The translations under genes were made by a program, and so were the position numbers. The notes beneath the pieces were generated by a model. The model was given only the letters and a program-made list of their open reading frames with translations, did not search any database and had not been told where the DNA came from. From a virus, in the IMG/VR virus record IMGVR_UViG_3300032298_000540, positions 12,875 to 76,874 of that record: 64,000 nt of DNA; one strand, given 5' to 3'. Below are positions 20,359-30,369 of the stretch, in pieces. The stretch's first letter is position 1; each line of letters opens with the position of its first letter.

Positions 20359-20645
20359 TGTCAAACAAACATAAAAAAGCAGCTAGTGCCGCTAAGCGGT
20401 ACAAAAAAGAAAACATGGAGTGCAATAAACCAAAACGCGCCCCCACTGGAGACAAGCATAAGTATGTCGTAAAGGGATGCCAGGATGGTAAAGAGGCAAT
20501 CGTTCGTTTTGGTCTTAGAGGATACTCCGATTACCTTTCGCATAAAGATGAAAAAAGACGGGCTAATTTTAAAGCTCGCCATAACTGTGACGAAAAGAAA
20601 AACAAACTAACTCCTGGTTATTGGGCTTGCAACCATAACTGGTAA
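20358..20645 (+). CDS. Small basic viral protein (DUF5754-like)
   Basis: VRFGLRGYSDY..HKD.KRRANFKARH...PGYWA. Confidence 0.6.
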   Translation: MSNKHKKAASAAKRYKKENMECNKPKRAPTGDKHKYVVKGCQDGKEAIVRFGLRGYSDYLSHKDEKRRANFKARHNCDEKKNKLTPGYWACNHNW

Positions 20646-20678
20646 CTCTTTTTAAAGCTGTCAAAATTAAAATATTGT

Positions 20679-21347
20679 ATGTATGATAGGTGTAATGTGT
20701 CTATCTCAATCATGCAAGACTTACCCACTGGCATTGACATCATTATCAATTATGAAGGGTACAATGAAAAAGCGTTCCCGGATCCAACTACCGGTGGGGC
20801 ACCCTACACGATAGGTTTTGGAACACAATACTATCCTGACGGTGAACCAGTCGAACGAGGTCAGCTTTGTACCTATAAAAAAGCTAAAGAATATCTTCTG
20901 CATGAAGTAGAAAAAATTAATAAACTTTTAATAAAAGAAATGCCTGATTTAGACGAATGCATGAAAGAAGCTTTAATTTCTTTTATTCATTCAATCGGAT
21001 GGGAGCCCTTTCTTTACAGTGATATCCTGGATGCAATAGAAGAAAACAAATGGGACACTGCAGCAGAAGAAATGTACAGATGGGTATTTGATCAAGATTA
21101 CCAAGTGATTAGTAATTTGATCCATAGGCGTAGGGATGAAATTGATCTGTTCTTAACGGGAGTACAGAAGAACAATTGTGGATTTGGTGGGCAACTTCTA
21201 CTGAATGCTTTTATGCTTTTTGATTCATCTCCTAATCAAATCAAAGCTATTAAACGTCTAGAGTCGGGTATTCATGCCGTTATCCTTGCTGAATTTACTA
21301 ACGAATTCAAGTTGCCGGTATTGCACCAAGGTGAAATTACAGTGTAA
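20679..21347 (+). CDS. GH24 (T4-type) lysozyme
   Basis: YEGY...PD....PYTIGFGT catalytic region, ALISF and RRRDE. Confidence 0.8.
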   Translation: MYDRCNVSISIMQDLPTGIDIIINYEGYNEKAFPDPTTGGAPYTIGFGTQYYPDGEPVERGQLCTYKKAKEYLLHEVEKINKLLIKEMPDLDECMKEALISFIHSIGWEPFLYSDILDAIEENKWDTAAEEMYRWVFDQDYQVISNLIHRRRDEIDLFLTGVQKNNCGFGGQLLLNAFMLFDSSPNQIKAIKRLESGIHAVILAEFTNEFKLPVLHQGEITV

Positions 21348-21372
21348 GCTTTAGAATAGATACAGGCAGAAA

Positions 21373-21684
21373 ATGAAACCTCTAATGGACCCCTCATGTG
21401 AGCCCAAAGAATTAGAACTCCCCTTGGAGTTTAAATTTGCTATGCGCAAAGCTGAGTTACGTGCATCAGAAATGACATGGGAGCAACTTCACCAAGCTCT
21501 ACTGAACCTGTATCAACAACGTCTTATTGAGATTACAGCCATCAAAGACATAATGGAAGAAGAGGGCGTCAATATTGAATTTGATATTCCCACAGAACTA
21601 GAACTAGAAGAACTAGCTTTTATGTGTGGTGATGACGAAGAAGATGACGAGGAAATTGATGAGGATAATCTTCAACCTTTCTGA
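21373..21684 (+). CDS. nblA: NblA-like phycobilisome degradation protein with acidic tail
   Basis: ELPLEFKFAMR...EMTWEQLHQALLNLYQQ matches the NblA pattern L.LE..F..R.....M+.+Q...L..LY.Q. Confidence 0.6.
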   Translation: MKPLMDPSCEPKELELPLEFKFAMRKAELRASEMTWEQLHQALLNLYQQRLIEITAIKDIMEEEGVNIEFDIPTELELEELAFMCGDDEEDDEEIDEDNLQPF

Positions 21685-22049
21685 AGACGGTCCAGGTACC
21701 ACGTAGCTTTCTTAAGAGACTCGTCTTGTCCCTTCAGGCGTTCACGCCATACATATTTAATTGCATTACCTTTACAGTACCCACGAAATTCTTCTGGTGT
21801 CAACGCTGCTTCAATAGCTTCAATACACTCAACAGACCCTTGATTGTAGTGAAGAGGGTTATTGATTAGATCTACTAGATGCCGCGACGCATCGCTGACA
21901 ACTTCTTCTCCCGTGTTGGTATTGCACCTAGATCCAGTACCACTGCACCCTTCGGTAGAGGAGCAGCTCCCACTTCCATCCCCTCCTCCACACTTGGAAT
22001 ATATCCCGTCAATCCTGGACGAGTGTTTGACATTGGTGAAGTCGGACAT
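21672..22049 (-). CDS. DUF3310-domain protein (start uncertain)
   Basis: NNPLHY..G.VECIEAI...GYCKGNAIKYVWR...KG...LKKA.WYL. Confidence 0.8.
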   Translation of the reverse strand: MSDFTNVKHSSRIDGIYSKCGGGDGSGSCSSTEGCSGTGSRCNTNTGEEVVSDASRHLVDLINNPLHYNQGSVECIEAIEAALTPEEFRGYCKGNAIKYVWRERLKGQDESLKKATWYLDRLQKG

Positions 22050-22270
22050 TGGTTACCTTCTAGGGCAAGGTTTTGACGAGGCCGATCCGCTTGGGTCAAA
22101 GCCAGACCTCTATTATACTGATCATACAAGGGAACGTCATTCTCCTCGTTATCCAGTTGCCCGCCAAAATCACAAGCCGTTAGCTCGCGTCTGCTGACTT
22201 CGTCATCGATACGAATACCACGTTGCATGAAGCCATCAAGGAAATCGTGAGCATCTACTGCGTTATGCAT
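21875..22270 (-). CDS. Hypothetical protein
   Basis: 131-aa ORF. Confidence 0.55.
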   Translation of the reverse strand: MHNAVDAHDFLDGFMQRGIRIDDEVSRRELTACDFGGQLDNEENDVPLYDQYNRGLALTQADRPRQNLALEGNQCPTSPMSNTRPGLTGYIPSVEEGMEVGAAPLPKGAVVLDLGAIPTREKKLSAMRRGI

Positions 22271-22302
22271 TTGCTTAAATCTTCTTCGTTTACAATATTA
22301 AC

Positions 22303-22668
22303 ATGGGACGATTCAACCAACCACTAAACAGAGCAGGGAAGGAGATAATCCCTGGTACTTATGACCCGTCACTTGATGCGGGTACATCAGCGACAGATAC
22401 GTCAGACCTTAATCCAGGTCGTGCATATGACGTTGATATCCGACGTTTAGATAATAATGAACGAGATATTTCTAAAAGAGCTGATAATGAAAGACAACAA
22501 GAAAGAATAAATAAATTTATGGCAGCTGCAAAATCAGCAGGTAAGTTCAGACAAAGCGCATTACTTAATGAACCAACTAGTGCCGATCAAGGAGAAACAT
22601 TTTCTCCTGTTGGAAGTGTAGGTTATGCACGTAAACCACAACCTAACTTTGGCTCACCCTTCGTCTAA
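22303..22668 (+). CDS. Hypothetical protein
   Basis: 121-aa ORF with TACAAT upstream. Confidence 0.55.
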   Translation: MGRFNQPLNRAGKEIIPGTYDPSLDAGTSATDTSDLNPGRAYDVDIRRLDNNERDISKRADNERQQERINKFMAAAKSAGKFRQSALLNEPTSADQGETFSPVGSVGYARKPQPNFGSPFV

Positions 22669-22872
22669 GTAGTGTCCATAATCTTGCATTTCTAAAGCAT
22701 CTTGTAATTGTTGAAACATCTCGTTGATCATGTTTAAAGTCCACTGCACATTATCAGATTTAAATCTAGATAACTCAGCCATTAACAAAGGATTGTTTTG
22801 ATGGACTACTGTATCAGTAATAATTTGTAACATCCTAAGGCGTTGATCCACATCAAGCGAAGTTGGTTTCAT
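22654..22872 (-). CDS. Hypothetical protein
   Basis: Start overlaps the dcd stop (ATGA coupling). Confidence 0.55.
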   Translation of the reverse strand: MKPTSLDVDQRLRMLQIITDTVVHQNNPLLMAELSRFKSDNVQWTLNMINEMFQQLQDALEMQDYGHYLDEG

Positions 22873-23456
22873 ACTCGACAGGTCACAATTTCTTTTGCTT
22901 GATCCTGGTACTTACCTGCGCGATCTTCATAGGTAACGCTGCAAGGATTACCACGGAAAAACAAGAGTTGAATAATACCTTCATTGGCGTAAATACGATT
23001 AAACAACGGAGTAGCATTACTGATTTCAAGTGTTAAATGTCCGCGCCACAGCGCTTCCGCAGGCGTGATATTTGCAATAATCCCTGTTCTAGCATATGTA
23101 CTTTTCCCCATTGCAACAACAGTTACATCCGCTGGTAACGATAACCGTTCTTCTGCTACTCCTAAGCAATAACTGTAAGGAGGAATAAGAAAGTATTTAC
23201 CTCTTTCATCTTCTAGTAATTCAACAGGACGTAAGATATCAAGATTAAAATTCTTTGGATCAGTTTCACCAACATCAATACGACCAAGCACTAGACATTG
23301 CGTTGGCGACAGCCGAATATCGTAACCGTAAGAACCAAGTCCATAACTTAGAACACGTCTCCCTTCCTCTTCCTTAACCATATGATCAACAAACGGACTG
23401 ATCATCTCATGATTTAAAGCTAAATCCTTGATTTCAAGATCACAAAGGATGCTCAT
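22869..23456 (-). CDS. dcd: dCTP deaminase
   Basis: SYGLGSYGYDIRL, GKSTYARTG, GHLTLEISN, EGIIQLLF and GKYQDQ. Confidence 0.92.
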   Translation of the reverse strand: MSILCDLEIKDLALNHEMISPFVDHMVKEEEGRRVLSYGLGSYGYDIRLSPTQCLVLGRIDVGETDPKNFNLDILRPVELLEDERGKYFLIPPYSYCLGVAEERLSLPADVTVVAMGKSTYARTGIIANITPAEALWRGHLTLEISNATPLFNRIYANEGIIQLLFFRGNPCSVTYEDRAGKYQDQAKEIVTCRV

Positions 23457-23510
23457 CTGATGCCTGACTTTTGTTTACTGTACTGCAGTTACAAGGAAAG
23501 TGCTTGTTTC

Positions 23511-24086
23511 TTAATAAAGAACACGGCCTTTCTCTTCGTAAACATCAATGAATCTTTGGGTAGCGTCTCCAGAGTTATCCTTAGGTTGTAGGTAGACTAG
23601 TAAACTTGTACACGTCCGGTGTTTATCTATTCCTTTGCTGGAATATCTAATTAATTCAGGAGGTGTTTTAAGGATACAAATAGGAAAATCAAATATTTTT
23701 TGCTCGTATCGAATCATGTCAGGACAGTTGGTAAAAAATAGACCCTGCTCAATTTCATTATTCAACCAAGCACGATACAACCTCTGGAACCACACAGCAT
23801 GAGATGACGTAACAGTACCAGCACTAACCCGCGTCATCTTCCATTTGTCTAACGCTTTATTAAAAAAGTAAGATCCACTAGGTGGAAATAAATATACCTT
23901 ACCAAACCACTGTTGTGCATTAAGACCATCATCTTGAGGTGTGAAATATTTTATAGCGCCTACGTATTCATTTGCAGTGTGGGAACTAGCTGGATCCAAG
24001 TCAATTTCACCCATCAACATATGAGCAGCTGCCGCTAGATCAGAGTTTGTAATTAACTCTTGATCTTCTTTCCTTAATGGTTTCAT
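23511..24086 (-). CDS. Phage DNA N6-adenine methyltransferase-like protein
   Basis: IDLDPAS, DGLNAQQW.GKVYLFPP; the usual NPPY motif is replaced by FPPS. Confidence 0.65.
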   Translation of the reverse strand: MKPLRKEDQELITNSDLAAAAHMLMGEIDLDPASSHTANEYVGAIKYFTPQDDGLNAQQWFGKVYLFPPSGSYFFNKALDKWKMTRVSAGTVTSSHAVWFQRLYRAWLNNEIEQGLFFTNCPDMIRYEQKIFDFPICILKTPPELIRYSSKGIDKHRTCTSLLVYLQPKDNSGDATQRFIDVYEEKGRVLY

Positions 24087-24469
24087 TGGTCTGTTAACTG
24101 GTTGTAGTCTATTTGGAAATAGCGAATGCCATCGTTATCATTGATGATATAACCAGCACTTGCTTCTGGATCAATCTTTTGAGCTGACTCAAGAATACGT
24201 CGCAAACTTTCTGCTAGATCACCATTATCATCTTGTTCACACGTTTCTTTTGCTAAATGAATTTCTTGAAGCGTCCAGTAAAACATACTACGTTCTTGTG
24301 ACGTAGGCTGAAATACCATAACACCAGGACCTTCGGTATTCCAAAAATTAATATACATTTTACCCATATCACTAAGGATAAAACGCACCGTGGTATCAAG
24401 GATCTTAGCCTTCTCTTGTGAGAAGTCTTTATCTAATAGGGTTGATAGTAAACGCTCACGTTTGTTCAT
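24083..24469 (-). CDS. Hypothetical protein
   Basis: 128-aa ORF, translationally coupled on both sides. Confidence 0.65.
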   Translation of the reverse strand: MNKRERLLSTLLDKDFSQEKAKILDTTVRFILSDMGKMYINFWNTEGPGVMVFQPTSQERSMFYWTLQEIHLAKETCEQDDNGDLAESLRRILESAQKIDPEASAGYIINDNDGIRYFQIDYNQLTDQ

Positions 24470-24924
24470 GATTGCACCAGGTTTTGTTTAACAAGAGATT
24501 CAAGAAGTTTAGGGAGGGGTTGGTAAACACACACCATTTTACCAATGGCACCACGACGTTTGATCAGTACACCTTCATCATCTTTTAATTTATCAAATTC
24601 TTTAGCTCTAATCAAGTATTCAGCTACACACCTTAACCTTCTCTTAAGAGATAATTCGGCTTGTGGAAATCTTCCACAGATTGTATCAGGTTGCATGTTA
24701 GCAAAAGCGATACGAAGTCTATTGGCAAGAGTCAAACTTGAATTAGCATCTTCCTCTTCATAATCTCTTATGTTTTTCAGGTATCGTTGCAGACAACCAT
24801 CGTCAAAAGAGCCAGAAGGAGGCAGGAAAATTTTAACCTGCTTGCCAATAATACTAGGTAGTAATTGAGAATAGTTCTCAAGAGTGACGGTTGTAACGTC
24901 CAAGTCTTCAATTAGATGTGACAT
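24466..24924 (-). CDS. Hypothetical protein
   Basis: Start moved to ATG 24924, next to the upstream stop. Confidence 0.6.
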   Translation of the reverse strand: MSHLIEDLDVTTVTLENYSQLLPSIIGKQVKIFLPPSGSFDDGCLQRYLKNIRDYEEEDANSSLTLANRLRIAFANMQPDTICGRFPQAELSLKRRLRCVAEYLIRAKEFDKLKDDEGVLIKRRGAIGKMVCVYQPLPKLLESLVKQNLVQS

Positions 24925-24925
24925 A

Positions 24926-25333
24926 TCATAAGTGACTGCTATGACTACTTTGGTACAAAGATCTGTTCCTGAAATCAGTGACGTCTGCTTCTCTGTTCTT
25001 AGCAAAAGAACGGATCAGCTCATTCCAGGGAATCCTAATGATAGCCTTTTTATTTTCTCTTGGGCAAATATTAATATAATGAATGCCTTCAATCCAACCT
25101 TTACCTTGAGTACTTTTAGATTGAGCGATCCAATTCCTGATGGTTTGATCTGATATCCCTAATCGTTTTGCACATTCCTCAGTCGAAATATATTCATCTG
25201 CATAAAGCTCTGGATTCATCAGATCAGTTTCTTCTGTCTTGTAGCGAGAATGCCACATGGAACCTAAGATTGTCCTAATACCTTTCAACTCAGCTGCAAT
25301 GTCCTCAAGACCTTTTCTTAACCCGTAATTCAT
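24926..25333 (-). CDS. HTH (MerR/Xis-like) DNA-binding protein
   Basis: YISTEECAKRLGISDQTIRNWI...GIHY. Confidence 0.75.
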   Translation of the reverse strand: MNYGLRKGLEDIAAELKGIRTILGSMWHSRYKTEETDLMNPELYADEYISTEECAKRLGISDQTIRNWIAQSKSTQGKGWIEGIHYINICPRENKKAIIRIPWNELIRSFAKNREADVTDFRNRSLYQSSHSSHL

Positions 25334-25377
25334 AATGTCAATATAACTTTTTTTATGCTAGCTTTAAATCAAGTAAA

Positions 25378-25680
25378 TTGTCACTCATGGAAGAAAATCA
25401 AGTTCCTGCCAGCATGCCTCCTCAGACCCTTCCTACAATAGAAGATTACCTAACACCTGAAAACCTGGAGCAGCTTAAAGCACAGGCTCGTATGCAAGCT
25501 ATGCAAGCAGCAAGAGTACAGGTACCTTCACCTGGAAGAGTTGTTTATGTACGACGAAATCTAACTGTTGCTGAACTTATTGTTGTATTTTTAATTTCCT
25601 GTGGTCTTGTTTTAGGTATCCAGGGAACCTGGCATCTTGTCAACAATCTTCCTCGCATTGAAGTTAAGTGGAGTAAGTAA
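25378..25680 (+). CDS. Small membrane protein
   Basis: Single hydrophobic helix ELIVVFLISCGLVLGI. Confidence 0.55.
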   Translation: MSLMEENQVPASMPPQTLPTIEDYLTPENLEQLKAQARMQAMQAARVQVPSPGRVVYVRRNLTVAELIVVFLISCGLVLGIQGTWHLVNNLPRIEVKWSK

Positions 25681-25722
25681 AAGGGACCTATAATTAAAAT
25701 AGGAGTATTTGTTGCTTAATAG

Positions 25723-27474
25723 ATGGCTAACAGAAGGATATCCGAACTTCCTTTATTAGATGGTACGCAGGTAGCAGAACAAGATCTGTTTACTGTGGTT
25801 CATGTATTTGAAGTCGATCCAACGTTAAAAAATAAAAAAATTACCGTATCAGGCTTAAAACAATATCTAGATACATATTACCTAACAGCTAGTGGATCTA
25901 CAGTTTACGGTTCTTTAGTCGTTCAAAATAATTTAACAACGTCAGGGCTTATAGTATCCAATTTATCAACTCTTTCAAATGTAATTGTACAGAATAATTT
26001 AACAACGTCAGGCACAATAAGTGGAGCTACTATAACCGGTAATACGGGACAATTTACAAATATCACATTTGTTAACGGTGTTGGCACCACTCAAATTTCA
26101 GGTGCTTTAATCACTGGTGACACAGGGCTTTTTACAACAATCACTGGCGCTAGTGGAATTTTTACTAGTTATTTATTCGGTGCAACAATCACTGGTAATC
26201 AAGTCAGTGCGACAACAGGTACTTTTGGAACTTTAGTTACCAGTGGACATACTGTTCAAAACGATCTAACTGTATCCGGAAATCTTAGGGTTTTAGGATC
26301 AGGTTCTTTTGCTTCTGGTGTAACAGTAACAGGAACGCTAAGCGGAACTACCATTACTGGAACAACGGCCAATTTTACATCTGGTAATTACAGCACACTG
26401 AGTGGCACCACAGTTACCGGCGATGTTGGGCAATTTACTTCAGTCACAGGTATATCAGGTGTATTCACTACTCAATTATCAGGATCAACTGTTACAGGTA
26501 ACGTTGGACAATTTACTTCAGTAACTGGGATATCTGGTATATTCACTACTCAACTATCAGGGACAACCATTACTGGTAATCAAATCAATGCAACAAGTGG
26601 TACGTTTGAAACACTAGTTACCAGTGGACATACTGTTCAAAACAATCTTACTGTATCAGGAAATTTAAATGTACTTGGTTCAGGATCTTTTGCTTCAGGT
26701 GTAACGGTAACGGGAACTTTAAGTGGAACCACAATCACAGGAACTACAGCACAATTCACCACAATCACAGGAAGCGTTGCAGGATTTACCAGTATTACTG
26801 GAATAACTGTAACTGGTACCACCGCTAATTTTGCTACTGTTTCAGGAACAACAACTACTGGTACAACTGCAAACTTTGCATCAGGTGTATTCAGCGCACA
26901 AATATCAGGAGCAATCGTAACAGGAAATACTGGTCAGTTTACTACTCTTACAGGAGGAGCAGCTGGATTTACTTCTGTTACAGGAACAACTGTTACAGGT
27001 ACAACTGCTAATTTTGTTACTCTTTCAGGAACAACAGTAACAGGAAATGCAGGCCAATTTACAACTATTACTGGTGACATTGTTAATTTCACAAGTGTTA
27101 CAGGAATTACCGTAACAGCGACAACGGGTGTTTTCGCTAACCTTACTTTCACCAATGTAACAGTATCAGGAAACCTTAACGTATTTGGCTCAGGTTATTT
27201 TTCATCTGGTGTAAATATAAGTGGAACTTTAAGCGGAGTAACAATTACAGGAACAACAGCACAATTTACATCAATCACAGGAGGCACAGCAGGTTTCACT
27301 ACTGTTACCGGCACGACGGTGACAGGTGCAACCGCTCTATTTACAAACATAACTGGAACAACACTACATGTAACAACCCCATCTGGTGCCACACCTGCAA
27401 TCATTTGTTCAGGTGTTGTCTCTGGTAGTACAGCAGGATTTATTATTCAAGGGCCATTAATAATTCTTCCCTAA
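25723..27474 (+). CDS. Thr/Gly-rich fibre protein
   Basis: MANRRISELP N-terminal attachment motif; about 15-aa TGTTVTGTTANFT repeats; internal ~120-aa duplication. Confidence 0.8.
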   Translation: MANRRISELPLLDGTQVAEQDLFTVVHVFEVDPTLKNKKITVSGLKQYLDTYYLTASGSTVYGSLVVQNNLTTSGLIVSNLSTLSNVIVQNNLTTSGTISGATITGNTGQFTNITFVNGVGTTQISGALITGDTGLFTTITGASGIFTSYLFGATITGNQVSATTGTFGTLVTSGHTVQNDLTVSGNLRVLGSGSFASGVTVTGTLSGTTITGTTANFTSGNYSTLSGTTVTGDVGQFTSVTGISGVFTTQLSGSTVTGNVGQFTSVTGISGIFTTQLSGTTITGNQINATSGTFETLVTSGHTVQNNLTVSGNLNVLGSGSFASGVTVTGTLSGTTITGTTAQFTTITGSVAGFTSITGITVTGTTANFATVSGTTTTGTTANFASGVFSAQISGAIVTGNTGQFTTLTGGAAGFTSVTGTTVTGTTANFVTLSGTTVTGNAGQFTTITGDIVNFTSVTGITVTATTGVFANLTFTNVTVSGNLNVFGSGYFSSGVNISGTLSGVTITGTTAQFTSITGGTAGFTTVTGTTVTGATALFTNITGTTLHVTTPSGATPAIICSGVVSGSTAGFIIQGPLIILP

Positions 27475-27522
27475 TTTCGATCAAGTTTTTGAAGCTATAA
27501 TTAAAAAAACAGTTAAATAACC

Positions 27523-29868
27523 ATGCCATACGGAACCGTTAAGGTAGACAACGTCACCTTTACCAACAATTCAGTAGACGCAACAACCACTTTTTCTGGT
27601 ATCTATGCATCAATAACAAATAATTTAACGTTATCAGGAACAGCAACAGCAGCTACTTTTACTGGTACCACAGCTAATTTTACTAACGTAAACGCTCAAA
27701 ATATTGGTGTAACAACTTCATTAAGCGGGCTTGCTATTACAGGGGGTACAGCAGGTTTTACTACTGTTACTGGTACAACTGTCACAGGAACAACGGCTAA
27801 TTTTGTAACTGTTTCTGGTACTACGGTAACAGGAACAACAGCAAGATTTATCAGTGGAGTATTTACAAGTCTCAGTGGGACAACACATACTATTACATCA
27901 GGAGTTTTTGCGTCAGGTACTGCAGCTCTTCCAAGTATAAGTTTTGTAAGTGATCCAAACACAGGTATCTACAGCCCTGGTGCAGACCAAGTAGCCATCT
28001 CAACTAGTGGCACGGAGAGGGTACGCATTGATGCCAGCGGGAACGTAGTTATAGGCACAACAACTCCTACAAGTACAACATATCCTTTCTATGTTGAATC
28101 ATCAACGGGTATTTTTATAAGTAATGGGTCTAACGTTGCCGCCACATCTCCTTCGTTTTCTGTAAGCCGCCGCAGAACTTCACTTGCTTCTGTAACCAGT
28201 GGAGACAGCCTTGGAAAGTTTAATAGTTTTGGTTGGGATGGCACAGGTTTTGTTGAAGCCTCACGCATTGAAACATTAGTAGACGGCACCCCCGGCACTA
28301 ACGATATGCCGGGTCGTTTGGTTTTCAGTACCACGCCAGACGGCTCAGCTACTCCAACCGAACGCCTACGCATTACTTCCGCAGGGCTGGTAGGTCTGGG
28401 GACTAGTAGCCCTGGCGCGCTGCTCGACGTAGCAACCAGTGATGGTAGCTCAACTGCCACAGTTCGAATTAGTAACACATCTACAGCCGCTACAGGCAAC
28501 GCATCTACAGCAGCGCTTGAGTTCTATTCCGGCGATCTATCAACCCCAGCAGGCGCTTCTGTTCGTGCCAAGATTGACATCTTTGCCAACACTAATGGCG
28601 GAGCAAGCGATCTTCGTTTTCTCACCAACAATTCGAGTGGCGGGATTGATGAGCGCCTGCGTATCGACTCCTCAGGCCGCTTGGGTCTGGGGACTATTAC
28701 CCCTAATTCAACCTTTCACGCAAAAACAGGATCACAGTTTGACGCGACACTTGCAGTAACTACTCCCGGCATCTTTATTGAGCAAACAGGAGGAACAGCA
28801 GGCAGTGGTGTCTATTCAACTGCTTTGACACTAAGCAAAATTAATAGCAGTCGCCCCGGTGCTGCAATTGCGTCTGTGCAAACAAGCGCAGATGACGACC
28901 AGCTTGGTCTCGCTTTTCTTACCCATTCTTCGGCCGTGTCAACTGATGCTCTTGCCGAGGCCATGCGTATTACGCACGGAGGGCTAGTAGGGATTGGCAC
29001 TACTAGCCCTGGCGAAAAACTACAAGTCAACGGAAACATCCGAACGTCGGGCGATGCTGGAACTGGGTATGAGTTGAATGATGCGAATACAAAAATTTCT
29101 ATCCCCGCTGCAAACTCAATAGCATTTAGTACCAGCTCATTAGAACGCGCCCGCATCGACAACTCCGGCAGGCTCTTAGTGGGGACTTCTACGGCAGTTA
29201 GTACTTTTAATTATTTAGGTACAGATCGCACTCCACGCTTTCAAGTATTTGGCGATGACCTTAATAACGGAGCTGCAGCAATTGTCCGCTCTGGACATGC
29301 TCCTTCTTTGTTTTTTGGATCAGGTGCAAGTGGAAGTGATATAACCATTAGCAATACAGTTGCTCGACTGGTATTTAGCGGTTATCACACGGACAAATAC
29401 TATACGACTGCTGATATTCAAGTTCAAATAGACGGCACCCCTGGTGTTGGCGACATGCCGGGCAGATTGGTCTTTAATATCACGCCAGACGGTTCGGCTA
29501 CTACTGTAGAAGCTTTACGCATCACAAATGATCGGGTTATTGCTTACAACCAACCCACACCAACCAGCAAAAGTGCCGCTGCCACACTTACAATAGCTGA
29601 ATTAAAGACCAAGATAATTGAATATACAGGTGCTGTCGCAACACTTACGTTGCCAACTGGAACACTTATGGAAGGCGGCTTTAGCGGGATTTACACCAAT
29701 ATGGCATTTGAATGGTCAGTAATCAATACTGGTGCCGGAATCTGCACTGTTGCCGCTGGCACTGACCATACTGTCGTTGGTAGTGGTGCTGTTGCAATCA
29801 GTGCATCAGCGCGATTTGCTTCACGGCGAACTGCTGCAAATACCTTTGTCTCTTATCGCGTAAGCTAA
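27523..29868 (+). CDS. Tail fibre / receptor-binding protein
   Basis: PSISF..DPNTGIY, repeated ERxRIDSSG.VGIGT modules and DGTPG.xDMPGRLVF modules. Confidence 0.85.
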   Translation: MPYGTVKVDNVTFTNNSVDATTTFSGIYASITNNLTLSGTATAATFTGTTANFTNVNAQNIGVTTSLSGLAITGGTAGFTTVTGTTVTGTTANFVTVSGTTVTGTTARFISGVFTSLSGTTHTITSGVFASGTAALPSISFVSDPNTGIYSPGADQVAISTSGTERVRIDASGNVVIGTTTPTSTTYPFYVESSTGIFISNGSNVAATSPSFSVSRRRTSLASVTSGDSLGKFNSFGWDGTGFVEASRIETLVDGTPGTNDMPGRLVFSTTPDGSATPTERLRITSAGLVGLGTSSPGALLDVATSDGSSTATVRISNTSTAATGNASTAALEFYSGDLSTPAGASVRAKIDIFANTNGGASDLRFLTNNSSGGIDERLRIDSSGRLGLGTITPNSTFHAKTGSQFDATLAVTTPGIFIEQTGGTAGSGVYSTALTLSKINSSRPGAAIASVQTSADDDQLGLAFLTHSSAVSTDALAEAMRITHGGLVGIGTTSPGEKLQVNGNIRTSGDAGTGYELNDANTKISIPAANSIAFSTSSLERARIDNSGRLLVGTSTAVSTFNYLGTDRTPRFQVFGDDLNNGAAAIVRSGHAPSLFFGSGASGSDITISNTVARLVFSGYHTDKYYTTADIQVQIDGTPGVGDMPGRLVFNITPDGSATTVEALRITNDRVIAYNQPTPTSKSAAATLTIAELKTKIIEYTGAVATLTLPTGTLMEGGFSGIYTNMAFEWSVINTGAGICTVAAGTDHTVVGSGAVAISASARFASRRTAANTFVSYRVS

Positions 29869-29964
29869 TTAGTCAACGCCACTACTGCGTCTGACACTTT
29901 TGTTGTAATATGGCAGGGCAGCGAGTTTACGGCTCCTGCCCCTGGCCACGATTCCCTAGAAACC

Positions 29965-30141
29965 ATGACCCAACAAGATTACCCCAGGTTAGCAGTCGGC
30001 TACCAGGCACCAAAGATTGATTGCCCAAAGCACGGGATTCACAGCCACACAATTGTGAGCACTATTCCAAGTCACGAAGGCTATTGGTGCCAAATTTGCT
30101 GGCTGGAGTCACTTGGTGAACCTCTGCCTGTAGTTGAGTAA
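29965..30141 (+). CDS. Small Cys/His protein, 58 aa (not in ORF track)
   Basis: CPKHG...WCQICW; an upstream hairpin and -10-like TAATAT. Confidence 0.55.
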   Translation: MTQQDYPRLAVGYQAPKIDCPKHGIHSHTIVSTIPSHEGYWCQICWLESLGEPLPVVE

Positions 30142-30189
30142 TCATTCCCACTCGTCTATCCTATAGTCCTACAGCCACCCAAACTGCCC

Positions 30190-30369
30190 ATGACTAATAC
30201 CTATATCGAGATCAGCACCGAAGACAACAAGGAAGACGTGACCGGACTGGTCAAGCACGTCGCTGATCGAACCCCTGGCGTCACCGTTGAAACCAAAGAA
30301 GGCGGCGGCATCAAGATGACTGGTGATGCCAAGATCAGAATCTCAGGCGGCGCCATCAAGTTTGGCTAA
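30190..30369 (+). CDS. Small protein, 59 aa (not in ORF track)
   Basis: MTNTYIEIST...GGAIKFG; GC-richer codons. Confidence 0.55.
   Translation: MTNTYIEISTEDNKEDVTGLVKHVADRTPGVTVETKEGGGIKMTGDAKIRISGGAIKFG

Noticed and set aside
26637-29162. Antisense and alternate-frame ORFs over the fibre genes (and similar shadow ORFs over MCP, terL and polA)
   Set aside because: They are by-products of repetitive Thr/Gly codons or codon bias, with no motifs or start signals.
25723-29868. Diversity-generating retroelement acting on the fibres
   Set aside because: No reverse transcriptase is present, and the internal repeats differ mainly at synonymous sites rather than only at adenines.
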